The notes: generated by a model not told the origin, from the letters alone. DNA of 64,000 bases from Bacilli bacterium (GCA_017435485.1 JAFSEY010000009.1:1715-65714); one strand, 5' to 3'; counted from the first letter of the stretch, positions 19,540 through 29,776 are shown. Program-made: numbers and translations.

Positions 19540-20862
19540 TTAGTTTAATCCGCAGGTGTTATAAGCACCTAACAACGATAATATAAAGTTTATTAGTACC
19601 GGAAGAAAGAATATTACAATTGCTGCAATTAATCTTTTTACTGCTGTTGTTGCCGATTTTTTCAATTGGTCTTTATCTTGATTAATTGTTGCTTTTATAA
19701 AATCCATTGTACTTAAGGCAAACACTAAAATAATTGCACCATACTTCATAATATTAAGTGTTAAGTCTAAATAATAAGCTGGTTCGCAATCAATTCCAGT
19801 TGGACATTCTCTATTTCCTAAAAAACCTTCACAGCCTTCTTCTCCGCCCCAATCTAATTTATGTTTCCCAACACTTTGAATACGCAAGTTAGCATACTCA
19901 CCTAGACCCTCAGTGAGTTCATCTAAATTTTCGGCAATATTACCACTGTATTCCTGTCTTAGTTCATCAGTTAACGAAGCATCGTTTTTTAAAACTTGCT
20001 CACACGATTCATAAGCCAAATCAAATTTTGTGTTAACTACTTCCGCAACTTTATTAAATGATTCCGTATTCAATAAAAAATCTGGAATATCTTCCACTTG
20101 CCAATCGCTACGAATAAAATATGATTGGATTAATTGTTTTTTTATTTGAGTTTCTATTTCTGTAATGTATTCAGTTACTATTCCATTTTCATCTTCCCTT
20201 TTATTTTTCAAATTATTACAAAATGGATTTTCTGCTAAACTTTTATCTGGATAAACTGAAAAAGTTACTGTAAGATACTTATCTAACATTGAGTTAATTA
20301 CTTTTTCTTGTTCTGACATAAAATCAAAGGTTCTTTTTACTTCAGGTTTAAGATACCAATAATATTGACCAAATCTGCTAGAATATCCTTCTTCAATTTT
20401 ATTATAATAAAACATTGGTGCTCCACTACCGTTTGGTATAGCGTTTTTTGTAAAAATATACTCTGGACATTGAAATTTTTCAAACATAACTTTCAAATCA
20501 TCATCGCCATAATACCCATCGCCAGTTTTTAAATTATTAGTAGTAAATCCTGCATCCTTACCTGCAATTCTTTTAATTCTTACGACACCATCTGATCCAA
20601 GATACTCATAAACTAATTCATACTTTTTTTTGTTAACAGAATAAAAAACAGTAGAAGTTATATTATATACAACAGTACTTGCGTATGTTTTTTGAGGATC
20701 AAATGGCTTATCCTCCAATGAAGAAGTAGGAATTCTTAATACGGTATTTTCCCATTGACACACTTTTGTCGCATCTCCATAAGAGGAAGAGAGCTCAGTT
20801 GCTTCAACAAAAATTGGGCAAAAAATTGTTAACAAAAATAATAATTTTAATTTTTTTTTCAT
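19540..20862 (-). CDS. Secreted protein (Sec signal peptide) whose C-terminal ~75 aa is a copy of the two-helix membrane module found in ORFs 20871..21248 and 49235..49666
   Basis: It has a signal peptide MKKKLKLLFLLTIFCPIFVEA and a Cys-containing ectodomain. The C-terminus ...YGAIILVFALSTMDFIKATINQDKDQLKKSATTAVKRLIAAIVIFFLPVLINF aligns to both small paralogs. Confidence 0.5.
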   Translation of the reverse strand: MKKKLKLLFLLTIFCPIFVEATELSSSYGDATKVCQWENTVLRIPTSSLEDKPFDPQKTYASTVVYNITSTVFYSVNKKKYELVYEYLGSDGVVRIKRIAGKDAGFTTNNLKTGDGYYGDDDLKVMFEKFQCPEYIFTKNAIPNGSGAPMFYYNKIEEGYSSRFGQYYWYLKPEVKRTFDFMSEQEKVINSMLDKYLTVTFSVYPDKSLAENPFCNNLKNKREDENGIVTEYITEIETQIKKQLIQSYFIRSDWQVEDIPDFLLNTESFNKVAEVVNTKFDLAYESCEQVLKNDASLTDELRQEYSGNIAENLDELTEGLGEYANLRIQSVGKHKLDWGGEEGCEGFLGNRECPTGIDCEPAYYLDLTLNIMKYGAIILVFALSTMDFIKATINQDKDQLKKSATTAVKRLIAAIVIFFLPVLINFILSLLGAYNTCGLN

Positions 20863-20870
20863 AAACGCAC

Positions 20871-21248
20871 CTACTCTGTAAATATTCCATCTTTATCATT
20901 TATTTTGCATGTAGATGGTTCTTTTAAACAATTCGTTAAGCAATCAAATTTTTTTGTTTTATCAGCACCATCTACTAATGACATCACCGCGGTTATTACA
21001 TAAGGAATAAAGAAAATCACCACTGCTGCTATTGCCTTTTTCACTAAAGAACTAATAGCTATTTTAATTGCTTTGTCGTCATTTGATAAGACTGCTTTTC
21101 CTAATTCAAAAGATCCAAGTCCTATTAAAAGAATTGGAATAACTATTTTTAAAAATATAAATATATATCCAAGTATTTGAAATGTTTTTAATAAACCACT
21201 TTGATCACAAATTGCAAAGTCAGCTAACGTAAAAATTTTTTCCATCAC
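20871..21248 (-). CDS. Small two-transmembrane protein, member of a three-paralog pilin-like family (first gene of the T4SS-like cluster)
   Basis: It is 125 aa with hydrophobic helix 1 (FQILGYIFIFLKIVIPILLIGLGSF), a conserved motif ELGKAVLSNDDKAIKIAISSLVKKAIAAVVIFFIPYV, and a Cys-containing tail. Confidence 0.5.
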   Translation of the reverse strand: MMEKIFTLADFAICDQSGLLKTFQILGYIFIFLKIVIPILLIGLGSFELGKAVLSNDDKAIKIAISSLVKKAIAAVVIFFIPYVITAVMSLVDGADKTKKFDCLTNCLKEPSTCKINDKDGIFTE

Positions 21249-21306
21249 AAACCTCCAAAAGATTTATATTCTTTGACATAATTATACAATAAAAAAATAG
21301 CTTATG

Positions 21307-21846
21307 CTATCTTTTTTTGTTGTTTAGATGAAAATATTCTTCTAAAGTTAAGTAATCTCCACTATTATAAAGTTCTTTTGCTAAATTTTTACCGACATAT
21401 CTAAAGTGCCATGGTTCATATTTATAACCAGTTATATTCTCTTTTCCTTTCGGATATCTTAATATAAAGCCATATTTATAAGTATTGTTATATAACCATT
21501 TATATTCTTTACGATATTTTTTTATTAATTTAGATTCCGTATTTATTAAATCTATTGCCAGTCCAGTTTGATGTTCGGAATGACCAGGCATAGCTAAGTA
21601 TTTTTTGACATTTTCGACATTATCAACTCGTAGATATTCTTTTAATAATTTTTGTTGATATTTATAAGATCTATAACCACTGACAATATTTAAATTAATT
21701 TTATCTTTTTGAGCTGCTTGCCACATTACATCATATTGTTTTAATAATTCTTTATTTAGTTTTCGTGGATTAAAAAATCTAGATAATCTATAATTTTTGT
21801 TAACTATTAGTATTTTTTCTTTATTAAATTTAACATACTTTTTCAC
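21307..21846 (-). CDS. VanY-like D-Ala-D-Ala carboxypeptidase (peptidase M15B)
   Basis: The zinc ligands and motifs SGYRSYKYQ, AMPGHSEHQTGLAIDL and EPWHFRYVG are present. Confidence 0.8.
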   Translation of the reverse strand: MKKYVKFNKEKILIVNKNYRLSRFFNPRKLNKELLKQYDVMWQAAQKDKINLNIVSGYRSYKYQQKLLKEYLRVDNVENVKKYLAMPGHSEHQTGLAIDLINTESKLIKKYRKEYKWLYNNTYKYGFILRYPKGKENITGYKYEPWHFRYVGKNLAKELYNSGDYLTLEEYFHLNNKKR

Positions 21847-21914
21847 TATATCACCAATGTAATTCTATGCTAATTTTTAATTTACTTTAAACATATAATT
21901 TGTTAAAATAAATT

Positions 21915-22478
21915 ATGAAAGGATATGATAATATGCCTAAGGCAAAAAAAAGCAAAACTATTCCTACTAAAAATTATTATTTAGTAATTTTTATTATTAT
22001 AGCAGCAATATTGTTAACCTTATATGTGTTTAAAATGTATGAAGTAAAGAAAGCTGAAAAATATCAAGAAAGTTATTTAATTACTAGTGAAGCTGTCAGT
22101 TTAGAAATTAATGATTTAAACGAAATTAATCAAGTATTTATGGAAGCTCCAGAAACTTATTTTGTTTATATTGGTTATACTAAAGATGAAGATGTTTATA
22201 ATTTAGAAAAAGAATTAAAACCTATTATTGAGGAATATGGTTTAAAGGATGTCTTTTATTATATCGATGCTACTAATTTAAAGGAAGAAGCTAATTATCT
22301 TGATAAATTAAATGATAGTTTAAATTTAAAAGAAGATAAATTAGATGAGATTCCTACTATTATATTTTTTAACAATGACACTTATAAAATTATTAAGCGT
22401 GATGATGATAATATGATTAAAGCTGCTGACTTAGGCAAATTATTAGATATAAATAATATAGAAAAGATAAGCCAATAA
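21915..22478 (+). CDS. Membrane-anchored hypothetical protein
   Basis: It has one N-terminal transmembrane segment and an acidic C-terminal domain, with no motif recognised. Confidence 0.35.
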   Translation: MKGYDNMPKAKKSKTIPTKNYYLVIFIIIAAILLTLYVFKMYEVKKAEKYQESYLITSEAVSLEINDLNEINQVFMEAPETYFVYIGYTKDEDVYNLEKELKPIIEEYGLKDVFYYIDATNLKEEANYLDKLNDSLNLKEDKLDEIPTIIFFNNDTYKIIKRDDDNMIKAADLGKLLDINNIEKISQ

Positions 22479-22503
22479 GGCTTATTTTTTAAAGGAGTTA
22501 AAT

Positions 22504-23016
22504 ATGATAAATATAGTTTTATTTGAACCAGAAATACCTACTAATACAGGAAATATTATGAGAAGTTGTATCGCTACTAAATCTACCCTGCATTTAATTA
22601 AACCTCTAGGTTTTTCTTTAGATGATAAATACGTTAAAAGAAGTGGTGTCAATTATATAGATAAATGTAATTATAAAGTTTATGAGAATATAGAAGATTT
22701 TTATAATCAAAATGAGGGAACAATGTATTATTTTACAAGATACGGTCATAAACCACATACATCTTTTGATTATAGTGATTCTAATGAAAATATCTATTTT
22801 ATTTTTGGTAAAGAAAGTACTGGAATACCACCTAAGTTATTAAAACCCCATTTAGATAAATGCATGCGCATCCCAATGAGTGCTGATGTAAGAAGTCTTA
22901 ATTTATCTAATTGTGTTGCAATTGTCTTATATGAAGCTTTAAGACAACAAAATTATAATGATTTATTATTTGATGAACCACATAAAAGTAAAACTTTTAT
23001 TGAAGATGAAAATTAA
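22504..23016 (+). CDS. trmL: tRNA (cytidine/uridine-2'-O)-methyltransferase TrmL (SpoU/TrmH family)
   Basis: The SPOUT motifs NIVLFEPEIPTNTGNIMRSC and IFGKESTGIP are present, and a GGAG RBS lies upstream. Confidence 0.8.
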   Translation: MINIVLFEPEIPTNTGNIMRSCIATKSTLHLIKPLGFSLDDKYVKRSGVNYIDKCNYKVYENIEDFYNQNEGTMYYFTRYGHKPHTSFDYSDSNENIYFIFGKESTGIPPKLLKPHLDKCMRIPMSADVRSLNLSNCVAIVLYEALRQQNYNDLLFDEPHKSKTFIEDEN

Positions 23017-23026
23017 AAATATAAAG

Positions 23027-23853
23027 TTAATTTGAAACTTTATATTTTTTATTTTCTTTCTCTATTTGTTTTAAACTTTTATCAGGTGTAGGTAAATCTT
23101 CTGGCATCGTTCCGCCAATATCAGCAATTGCTTTCCTAACTTTTTTACCAACATTATAATGAACTTGATTAGCATTATTTTCTCCTTGAATATTATCTTT
23201 CTTTAATTTTTGTTCTGTTTGCGAAATTCTAAATAAGTTTGCAATAAGTTCGTCACTTCCCATGTTGTCTAATATATCTTCTCTATAGTTAAGATTTTTT
23301 CTTTTAGCAATATCATTTGCTATTTCTCCATTATATAGTCCTTTGTAACCAGCGTTATGAAATTTATCAAAATTTTTAACTCCAGAATTTTTGGCTGCAA
23401 TGTTTAAGGAATGATTTCCTTTCCTAGTTAAATCCCTTTGATAAAATCTTTTTTCTTCTTCAGTCAAACTAGAATATTCTTTTTCAGTAATTATCCATTT
23501 TCCTAGTTTGGATAGCAAAATAAGTTTGCGCGAGCGCGATTACTTCTTTTCTTGAATCTCCATTTTGTGCAACGATATAACATGCGTAACGACTAAGTTT
23601 ATAATCTTCAACACTTCTTTTACCACCTTTTCCAAGGTTTATCATTTTGGCTACCTTGACAAAATGATCATTAATATTAACATTGCTGTTTTCACAAGCG
23701 ATCAAAGCTTTTTTAATAACATTTTCAAACTTACGCCATTCTTTATAAGCAAAAACTAATTGCAGCTCTCTTGCTTCCCAATATTCTTTTCCAAGTTCAT
23801 CAATATGTTTTATATTTTCAAATATATTATGATTAATTTATAAATTATTCATT
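23027..23853 (-). pseudogene. DinD-like (Bro-N domain, DNA-damage-inducible protein D family) gene disrupted by a premature stop and a frameshift
   Basis: The minus strand from 23853 reads ATG AAT AAT TTA TAA, with a stop at codon 5, then continues in-frame NIFENIKHIDELGKEYWEARELQ...IACENSNV (Bro-N-like) to 23484. The remainder (…IGGTMPEDLPTPDKSLKQ, a DinD C-terminus) is in the +1 frame at 23518..23027. The frame switch lies next to the GC-rich element ttgcgcgagcgcgat. Confidence 0.45.
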
Positions 23854-23954
23854 ACATATCACTCCTTCATTAGTTATATTGCCAATAACATATTAATTTC
23901 CTTTTTATTTCATAAAAAAAGTAAAATAGTTTATTTATTTTACTTTTAAAAAAT

Positions 23955-26585
23955 TTACACTCCGGTTTTTAAATGTTTCTTACGTAAGATAGTCTTACGA
24001 ATAAAGTCTACTGGTATAACAGTAAATGCAAGGATTAAGACAAAAGCAAATTCTGATGCATGAAGTCCATAAGTTCTAAATAAGTCTCCGCCATGATAAA
24101 TTAAATATATTTGAACACTAACGATAAATGCTATTACTACTATAAAAACTTTGTTTTTAGTAATGTTTCCTAAAATGTTTAATCTTTGACTTCTCGCATT
24201 AAAGGAATTAAAGATGCCAATAAAAATAAATAACGCAAAATAAGCAGTCATTAAGTATATATTATCAGGTCCTGTTCTTATAAATGTTTTAATTATTGGT
24301 AATTTTAGAAATAAAATACATAAAATTGCTGAATATAAACCTGTAAAGAATATTTCCCCATACATATAAGAATTCATGATTGGTTCATTTTTAGCTTTTG
24401 GTGGTTCTTTCATATATTCTTTTAAAGGTGGTTCAAAGGAAAATGCTAAACCAGCAAAGGTATCCATAATCATATTTAACCATAGCATTTGAATTATTGT
24501 TATAGGTGTATCTATCCCAATAAATGGTCCAACAATTGATAAAACTAAAGCACACATATTAACTGTTAATTGATAGATAATAAATTTACGTATACTTTTA
24601 AAGATAGTTCTTCCATAAAGGATAGCTTTACTTATGGATAAAATATTGTTATCCAAAATGATTATATCAGCAGCTTCTTTGGCGACCTCTGTTCCACTTC
24701 CCATAGCAAAACCAACATCAGCTTTTTTTAATGCCGGAGCATCATTTACGCCGTCTCCTGTCATTCCGACAATTAATTCCATATCTTCAAGTATCTTAAC
24801 CAATCTAGATTTATCGCTTGGTAAAGCTCTAGCAATAACTTTGATATGCATAATTACTTTTTTAATTTCATCATCAGATAAGTTATTTAAATCATTACTT
24901 GTTAAAACCAAATCATTAGCATCATCAATTAACCCTACTTCCATGGCAATATTTTTGGCAGTATCTAGGGCATCTCCTGTAATCATAATAGTATGAATTC
25001 CAGCACTTTTAATTAACGATATTCCTTCTTTGGCTTCTTTTCTCAATTCATCTTTTATACAAACAATTCCTAAAATTGTACAACCATTTAATTTATCACT
25101 TGTATCATTATAAGCAAGTAATATTACTCTATTTCCTTTTTTAGTTAAATCTTTAATTTTATTTTCAAGATTATCTTTTTTTAACAAAATACTTTTTTTG
25201 CCAAACTTATCAACATAGTATCTAGCTTGTGATAAGATAACTTCAGTAGCACCTTTGAAATAGGTAAAACCATTACCTTTGGTAATTGTAACAGCACTAT
25301 ACTTTTTAGAACTATCAAATAAAATTTTGTTAATAACTCCAAAATTATTTACTTTGGCATCTTTAACGTAATTAAGTAAAGCTTGGTCAGTCATATTCCC
25401 GCCGATAATCTTTTCTCCAGCCACTTTACTTTCATTATTATAATAAAGATTTTCTATTATTAATTCGTGATAAGGTTTAAATCTTTCTAAATCTTTGATT
25501 GAATTAAACAAAGTTAGATCAGGACTATATATAACAGATACTTCTAGCTCTCCTTTTGTTAAAGTACCAGTCTTGTCAGTAAGCAAAACATTTAAACTTC
25601 CAGCGGTTTCTATTCCAACTAATTTTCTAACTAAAACATTATCTTTTAACATTCTTTTCATATTACTTGATAATACTAAGGTTATCATCATTGGAAGTCC
25701 TTCTGGTACTGCAACTACAATGATTGTAACACTTAATGTTAACGCATATAATAAATAACTAGACATCATTTGAAAATTTGTTAGTGTTGATAAAATTAAA
25801 TCTTTATCAAAATTATTTTTAATAAAAATTACTGCAAAAAGATATGATAGAGTAACCAAACCAGCCCCAATATAACCTATTTTACTGATAACATTAGCTA
25901 GTCCTCTTAAACGTAATTTTAAAGGACTTGTTGGATTTTTCTCTTGTAATTCTTTGGCTAACTTACCGTAAATAGTTTTATCCCCTACACTTGTCACAAT
26001 CATTGTTGCCTCACCACTGTAAACTACAGCACCACGATATATTTTATTTGCTTCTGTTGGAGGATTTATCTTATTTAATACGCTAAATTTCTTTGCTTCT
26101 TTTTTTTCACCATTTAATGAACTTTCATCAACTGACAAATTCCCTTTAAATAAATAACCATCAGCTGGAACTTTATCACCACTTTGTAAACTAACATAAT
26201 CACCTACTACTATTTCTTCTATAGGTATTTCTTTTAACTTATTTTGACGCCATACTTTAGCTTTTATTTTAGAAGCTTCTTCTTGTAATTTTTCAAATGC
26301 CGCTTCACTACCATACTCTGAAACTGAAGAAATAAACGATGCTAAAAAAACAGCTATTAATATTCCAATTGTTTCATATATATCAAAATCTTTAAAAAGA
26401 AATAATACTTTTATGGCTAAAGCAATCAATAAGATTCTAATAATTGGATCAGCAAGTGATTCATATAATAGTTTCAAAAAACTATTTTTTTTAGTTTGAG
26501 TAATACTATTTGTACCATTTTCTTTACGACTTTTTAATACTTGTTCATTATTTAATCCGTTCATTATAGGCTTGTCCTCCCACAA
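23955..26585 (-). CDS. Ca2+-transporting P-type ATPase (type IIA)
   Basis: It has the phosphorylation motif DKTGTLT, TGDALDTAKNIA, and the hinge motif VGMTGDGVNDAPALKKADVGFAMG, with ten predicted transmembrane helices. Confidence 0.85.
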   Translation of the reverse strand: MWEDKPIMNGLNNEQVLKSRKENGTNSITQTKKNSFLKLLYESLADPIIRILLIALAIKVLFLFKDFDIYETIGILIAVFLASFISSVSEYGSEAAFEKLQEEASKIKAKVWRQNKLKEIPIEEIVVGDYVSLQSGDKVPADGYLFKGNLSVDESSLNGEKKEAKKFSVLNKINPPTEANKIYRGAVVYSGEATMIVTSVGDKTIYGKLAKELQEKNPTSPLKLRLRGLANVISKIGYIGAGLVTLSYLFAVIFIKNNFDKDLILSTLTNFQMMSSYLLYALTLSVTIIVVAVPEGLPMMITLVLSSNMKRMLKDNVLVRKLVGIETAGSLNVLLTDKTGTLTKGELEVSVIYSPDLTLFNSIKDLERFKPYHELIIENLYYNNESKVAGEKIIGGNMTDQALLNYVKDAKVNNFGVINKILFDSSKKYSAVTITKGNGFTYFKGATEVILSQARYYVDKFGKKSILLKKDNLENKIKDLTKKGNRVILLAYNDTSDKLNGCTILGIVCIKDELRKEAKEGISLIKSAGIHTIMITGDALDTAKNIAMEVGLIDDANDLVLTSNDLNNLSDDEIKKVIMHIKVIARALPSDKSRLVKILEDMELIVGMTGDGVNDAPALKKADVGFAMGSGTEVAKEAADIIILDNNILSISKAILYGRTIFKSIRKFIIYQLTVNMCALVLSIVGPFIGIDTPITIIQMLWLNMIMDTFAGLAFSFEPPLKEYMKEPPKAKNEPIMNSYMYGEIFFTGLYSAILCILFLKLPIIKTFIRTGPDNIYLMTAYFALFIFIGIFNSFNARSQRLNILGNITKNKVFIVVIAFIVSVQIYLIYHGGDLFRTYGLHASEFAFVLILAFTVIPVDFIRKTILRKKHLKTGV

Positions 26586-26639
26586 TAAATATATGAAGTT
26601 ACATTTGTTTAATGATATAAATTTTTACACAAAAAAAAT

Positions 26640-26676
26640 AGGGTATGAACTTAACTATAAGCAAACCCTATTTTTA
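26640..26676. terminator. Bidirectional terminator-like hairpin
   Basis: The stem aatagggt...accctatt has T-rich flanks and lies between the P-type ATPase gene and the following ORF. Confidence 0.4.
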
Positions 26677-26681
26677 TATAA

Positions 26682-27077
26682 TTATTTTCTCGAACTTTTC
26701 ATTTCTATACTAGGAACTTCATAATCTAAAGCAACTAAATGGCCTAACATACATCCTAAACCCGATATTAAAGCTTGACTATCCGCATAAACAGCATCAT
26801 TCGAATATACAGGACTAACTCCAGCCTCATTTTTAACGAATTGAACCACTCCACTTTGCTTAAACCTCTCAATTTTATCTTGATCCAAGTCTACTTCATC
26901 AAACCCAACTGATTGCCCAACATATAAATGATAATCTTTATTAATTGTATCTTTTTTTCCATTAGGGGTAATTGATTCTGCTGAAACAGTTACTATTGCT
27001 TTAATTGGTTCTGCAGCTTGTGTAGATAATAATCCTATCTCATCTTTATTTATATATTCAACAAATACTTTATTCAT
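26682..27077 (-). CDS. Hypothetical cytoplasmic protein
   Basis: This is a 131-aa ORF with an RBS and no motif recognised. Confidence 0.35.
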   Translation of the reverse strand: MNKVFVEYINKDEIGLLSTQAAEPIKAIVTVSAESITPNGKKDTINKDYHLYVGQSVGFDEVDLDQDKIERFKQSGVVQFVKNEAGVSPVYSNDAVYADSQALISGLGCMLGHLVALDYEVPSIEMKSSRK

Positions 27078-27188
27078 AAAATCTCCTTTTCATAATTATA
27101 TTTTAACATAAAATCTAACAAAAATCAAATTCACCACTATTTTATACCACTTTAATGGATTATTTATTATAAAACATTATCTAATTCA

Positions 27189-27710
27189 TTAGTAGTTTTT
27201 ATTACAAACCATATCATACGTTCTATTCATCGGATCAAAAAACCAAAAATTATCCAAAGGATTAAATGTTAAATAAGCACTAAATATAAAAATAGAAATA
27301 ATAGCCAGAACTGCTAATTTATTACTTGTTTTTGATTTTATATTAATTAAAGATGTAATAAATTCTCCAAATACAATTGATAAGAATAATAGTATTAAAG
27401 TAAAAACTAAATTTTCATTGTAATTTAAATAAATTGGTATATAAATAATCAAAAAGAATATAATGCAACTTAAACTAGAAATTAAACATTTAGTAGTTAT
27501 ATTTTCTTCTTTATATTTAAATATTTTTATAATTAAGTAGAAAATTATATAACAAGTAAATATCATTTTCATATGTTGGAAAATACTTTCGTTTACTGGA
27601 AAGAATAAAGCAGTAAAATTATTTGGAAAATATCCATAAAGAAAATGAGCTGGAAAATTTAAAAGATATATTGAAACGCTTCTAATTAAAACTTTAATAA
27701 TATTTTTCAT
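27189..27710 (-). CDS. Polytopic membrane protein of unknown function, downstream of the ABC transporter gene
   Basis: It is 173 aa with 4-5 transmembrane helices and is probably co-transcribed with 27722..29770. Confidence 0.4.
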   Translation of the reverse strand: MKNIIKVLIRSVSIYLLNFPAHFLYGYFPNNFTALFFPVNESIFQHMKMIFTCYIIFYLIIKIFKYKEENITTKCLISSLSCIIFFLIIYIPIYLNYNENLVFTLILLFLSIVFGEFITSLINIKSKTSNKLAVLAIISIFIFSAYLTFNPLDNFWFFDPMNRTYDMVCNKNY

Positions 27711-27721
27711 ATTAAATTTTA

Positions 27722-29770
27722 TTATTCTTTAGACAATGCTATGACTGGTTCTTTTTTTGAAGCAATAAATGCTGGGATCAAACTACTTATTAGAGTTAAC
27801 GTTATACTAGTAACTAATACTGAAGCGCAAATCTTTAAGTTAATTTGGGCAATATTACTTATTTCTAAGTATTGATATAGTAGTTTGTTTATGTAATCAA
27901 TAAGAAGATAACTGATTACTATAGCAACAATCCCGGAAGTTATACCAATTAAAAATCCCTCGGCCATAAATATTTTTCTAATGTCTTTTGATCTTGCTCC
28001 TAAACTTCTTAAGACACCGATTTCTTTTGTTCTTTCCAATACAGAAATATAAATTACTATGCTTATCATTAAAACAGATACAATTAGTGATATACATGAA
28101 AATAATATTAAAATAGTTGTTAAAATGTTAATAAGCTCTTTAGTTGTATCTGTAAGATCTTTTGCATAATCCGAGAAAACTATTTCTTTGTTTTCTGAAA
28201 GATAATTTATTATATTTTCTTTTCCTTTAAAATCTTTAGGATATAAGTAAATAATTTGAGGCATTATATTTTTATTGAGGGTTTTATCTAAACTATCCAA
28301 ATAAACAAAATTATCTTTATCATAATTAAATTGCATAGCTCCTATAACACTTTCATCTTTTATGATACCTATTCCAACTATTGTTAGTTTGGTATCTTTG
28401 TTCTTATTTTTTAAGGAAAGCTTTTGATTAATTATTTTTTGCGAATCAATCTTGTTTTTATTTAAAGCAAAAGCATCTACTAATCTACTTGATAGCTCTT
28501 TATTCTCATTTACTAATAGCAAAACCTCATTATCATCTTTAGGATAACAACCTGTCAATAAATTAAATTCGGAAGAAAAATAATCTTTGTTAATACTAAA
28601 CATGTTTATATTAATTGAAGTTAAAATTGTTTTGTTAATTTTCATTTCATAATTCATAGGATACTGATAGCCAACTGATAATATAAAATTATTATTGAGA
28701 TTAGCAATAAAATCTAGATACGATTTGGTAAATTTGTTTTCATGGTATTTATTAGCAATAGTTTCACTTACTATTAAATCTTTACTGGAATTTTTTAATT
28801 TGTTATTGTTAATAGTTTGGTTAATTACACCATTTTGAATAACTATAGGAAAATTTGCCATAGCTTGCTTTTCAAAATCTTTAATTTGTTTGTTAAAGCC
28901 ACTTGATATCGCTAAAATTATAACAATACCAATTAAACCAATTGATGCTGCCAAAGCAGTTAGAAAAAAACGAAATTTTTTAGATAGAAGATTTTTTAAA
29001 GAAAGTTTTATAGCAGTTATAAATGATAATTTAGTTTTTTTTAAGTTAATTTTTGTATTTATGTTATTCTTTTCTAGTTGTGGTTTATTAATGATTTTAC
29101 CATCATGCATTCTAATGATATGATTAGCATACTTTAAAGCTAATTTTTCATTATGAGTTATCATTATGACTAGCTTTTCTTTGGATATTTCTAAAAAAAG
29201 GTTCATTATCTCTAAACTTGTCTTAGAATCAAGAGCTCCGGTCGGTTCATCAGCCAGGATAATTGGTGGATCATTTACCAATGCTCTAGCGATAGCTACT
29301 CTTTGTTTTTCGCCGCCTGATAATTGATATGGATAGGCTTTTTTTCGGGATAATAATCCTACTTCATTTAAAACTTTTAATGATTTCTTAGTATAATTAA
29401 ATTTGTTGGATAATTTAAGTTTTAAGTTAATATTATCCATAACTGATAAATGATTTATTAAATGGTAATTTTGAAAAACAAACCCAATCATATTATTGCG
29501 ATAGCTATCCCACTCTTTTTCTTTAAAATTTTTAGTATTTTTATTCGCTAATATTATATTTCCACTACTCGGCTTAGTTAATCCCCCAATAATATTTAAC
29601 AAAGTTGTTTTACCACAGCCACTATGACCTAAAATTGCTATAAAGCCTTTTTTGGGAAATTTGATGTTTATGTTTTTTAAGGCTATTGTTTCTTTATAAT
29701 ATTTTGAAATGTTTTTTAGTTCAATCATGTTTTTTCCTTTTCTAATCATAAAAGAAAAAGAAGTATGCAC
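27722..29770 (-). CDS. Fused ABC ATP-binding protein and FtsX-family permease (paralog of 555..3104)
   Basis: It has a Walker A motif (GHSGCGKTT), a signature (LSGGEKQRVAIARAL) and a Walker B motif (ILADEPTGALD), with a C-terminal FtsX-like permease. Confidence 0.8.
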   Translation of the reverse strand: MHTSFSFMIRKGKNMIELKNISKYYKETIALKNINIKFPKKGFIAILGHSGCGKTTLLNIIGGLTKPSSGNIILANKNTKNFKEKEWDSYRNNMIGFVFQNYHLINHLSVMDNINLKLKLSNKFNYTKKSLKVLNEVGLLSRKKAYPYQLSGGEKQRVAIARALVNDPPIILADEPTGALDSKTSLEIMNLFLEISKEKLVIMITHNEKLALKYANHIIRMHDGKIINKPQLEKNNINTKINLKKTKLSFITAIKLSLKNLLSKKFRFFLTALAASIGLIGIVIILAISSGFNKQIKDFEKQAMANFPIVIQNGVINQTINNNKLKNSSKDLIVSETIANKYHENKFTKSYLDFIANLNNNFILSVGYQYPMNYEMKINKTILTSININMFSINKDYFSSEFNLLTGCYPKDDNEVLLLVNENKELSSRLVDAFALNKNKIDSQKIINQKLSLKNKNKDTKLTIVGIGIIKDESVIGAMQFNYDKDNFVYLDSLDKTLNKNIMPQIIYLYPKDFKGKENIINYLSENKEIVFSDYAKDLTDTTKELINILTTILILFSCISLIVSVLMISIVIYISVLERTKEIGVLRSLGARSKDIRKIFMAEGFLIGITSGIVAIVISYLLIDYINKLLYQYLEISNIAQINLKICASVLVTSITLTLISSLIPAFIASKKEPVIALSKE

Positions 29771-29776
29771 TTCTTA

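Noticed and set aside
23484-23759. Separate small genes 23484..23705 (73 aa) and 23565..23759 (64 aa, plus strand)
   Set aside because: The 73-aa ORF is the in-frame middle section of the disrupted DinD/Bro-N-like gene, and the plus-strand ORF is its antisense shadow.
7600-23900. Calling the T4SS-containing block a complete ICE or conjugative transposon
   Set aside because: No relaxase, integrase or recombinase, replication gene or recognisable att repeats are visible in the window. Only the mating-pair-formation-like core and the coupling protein are present, so the block is reported as a T4SS-like cluster of uncertain mobility.
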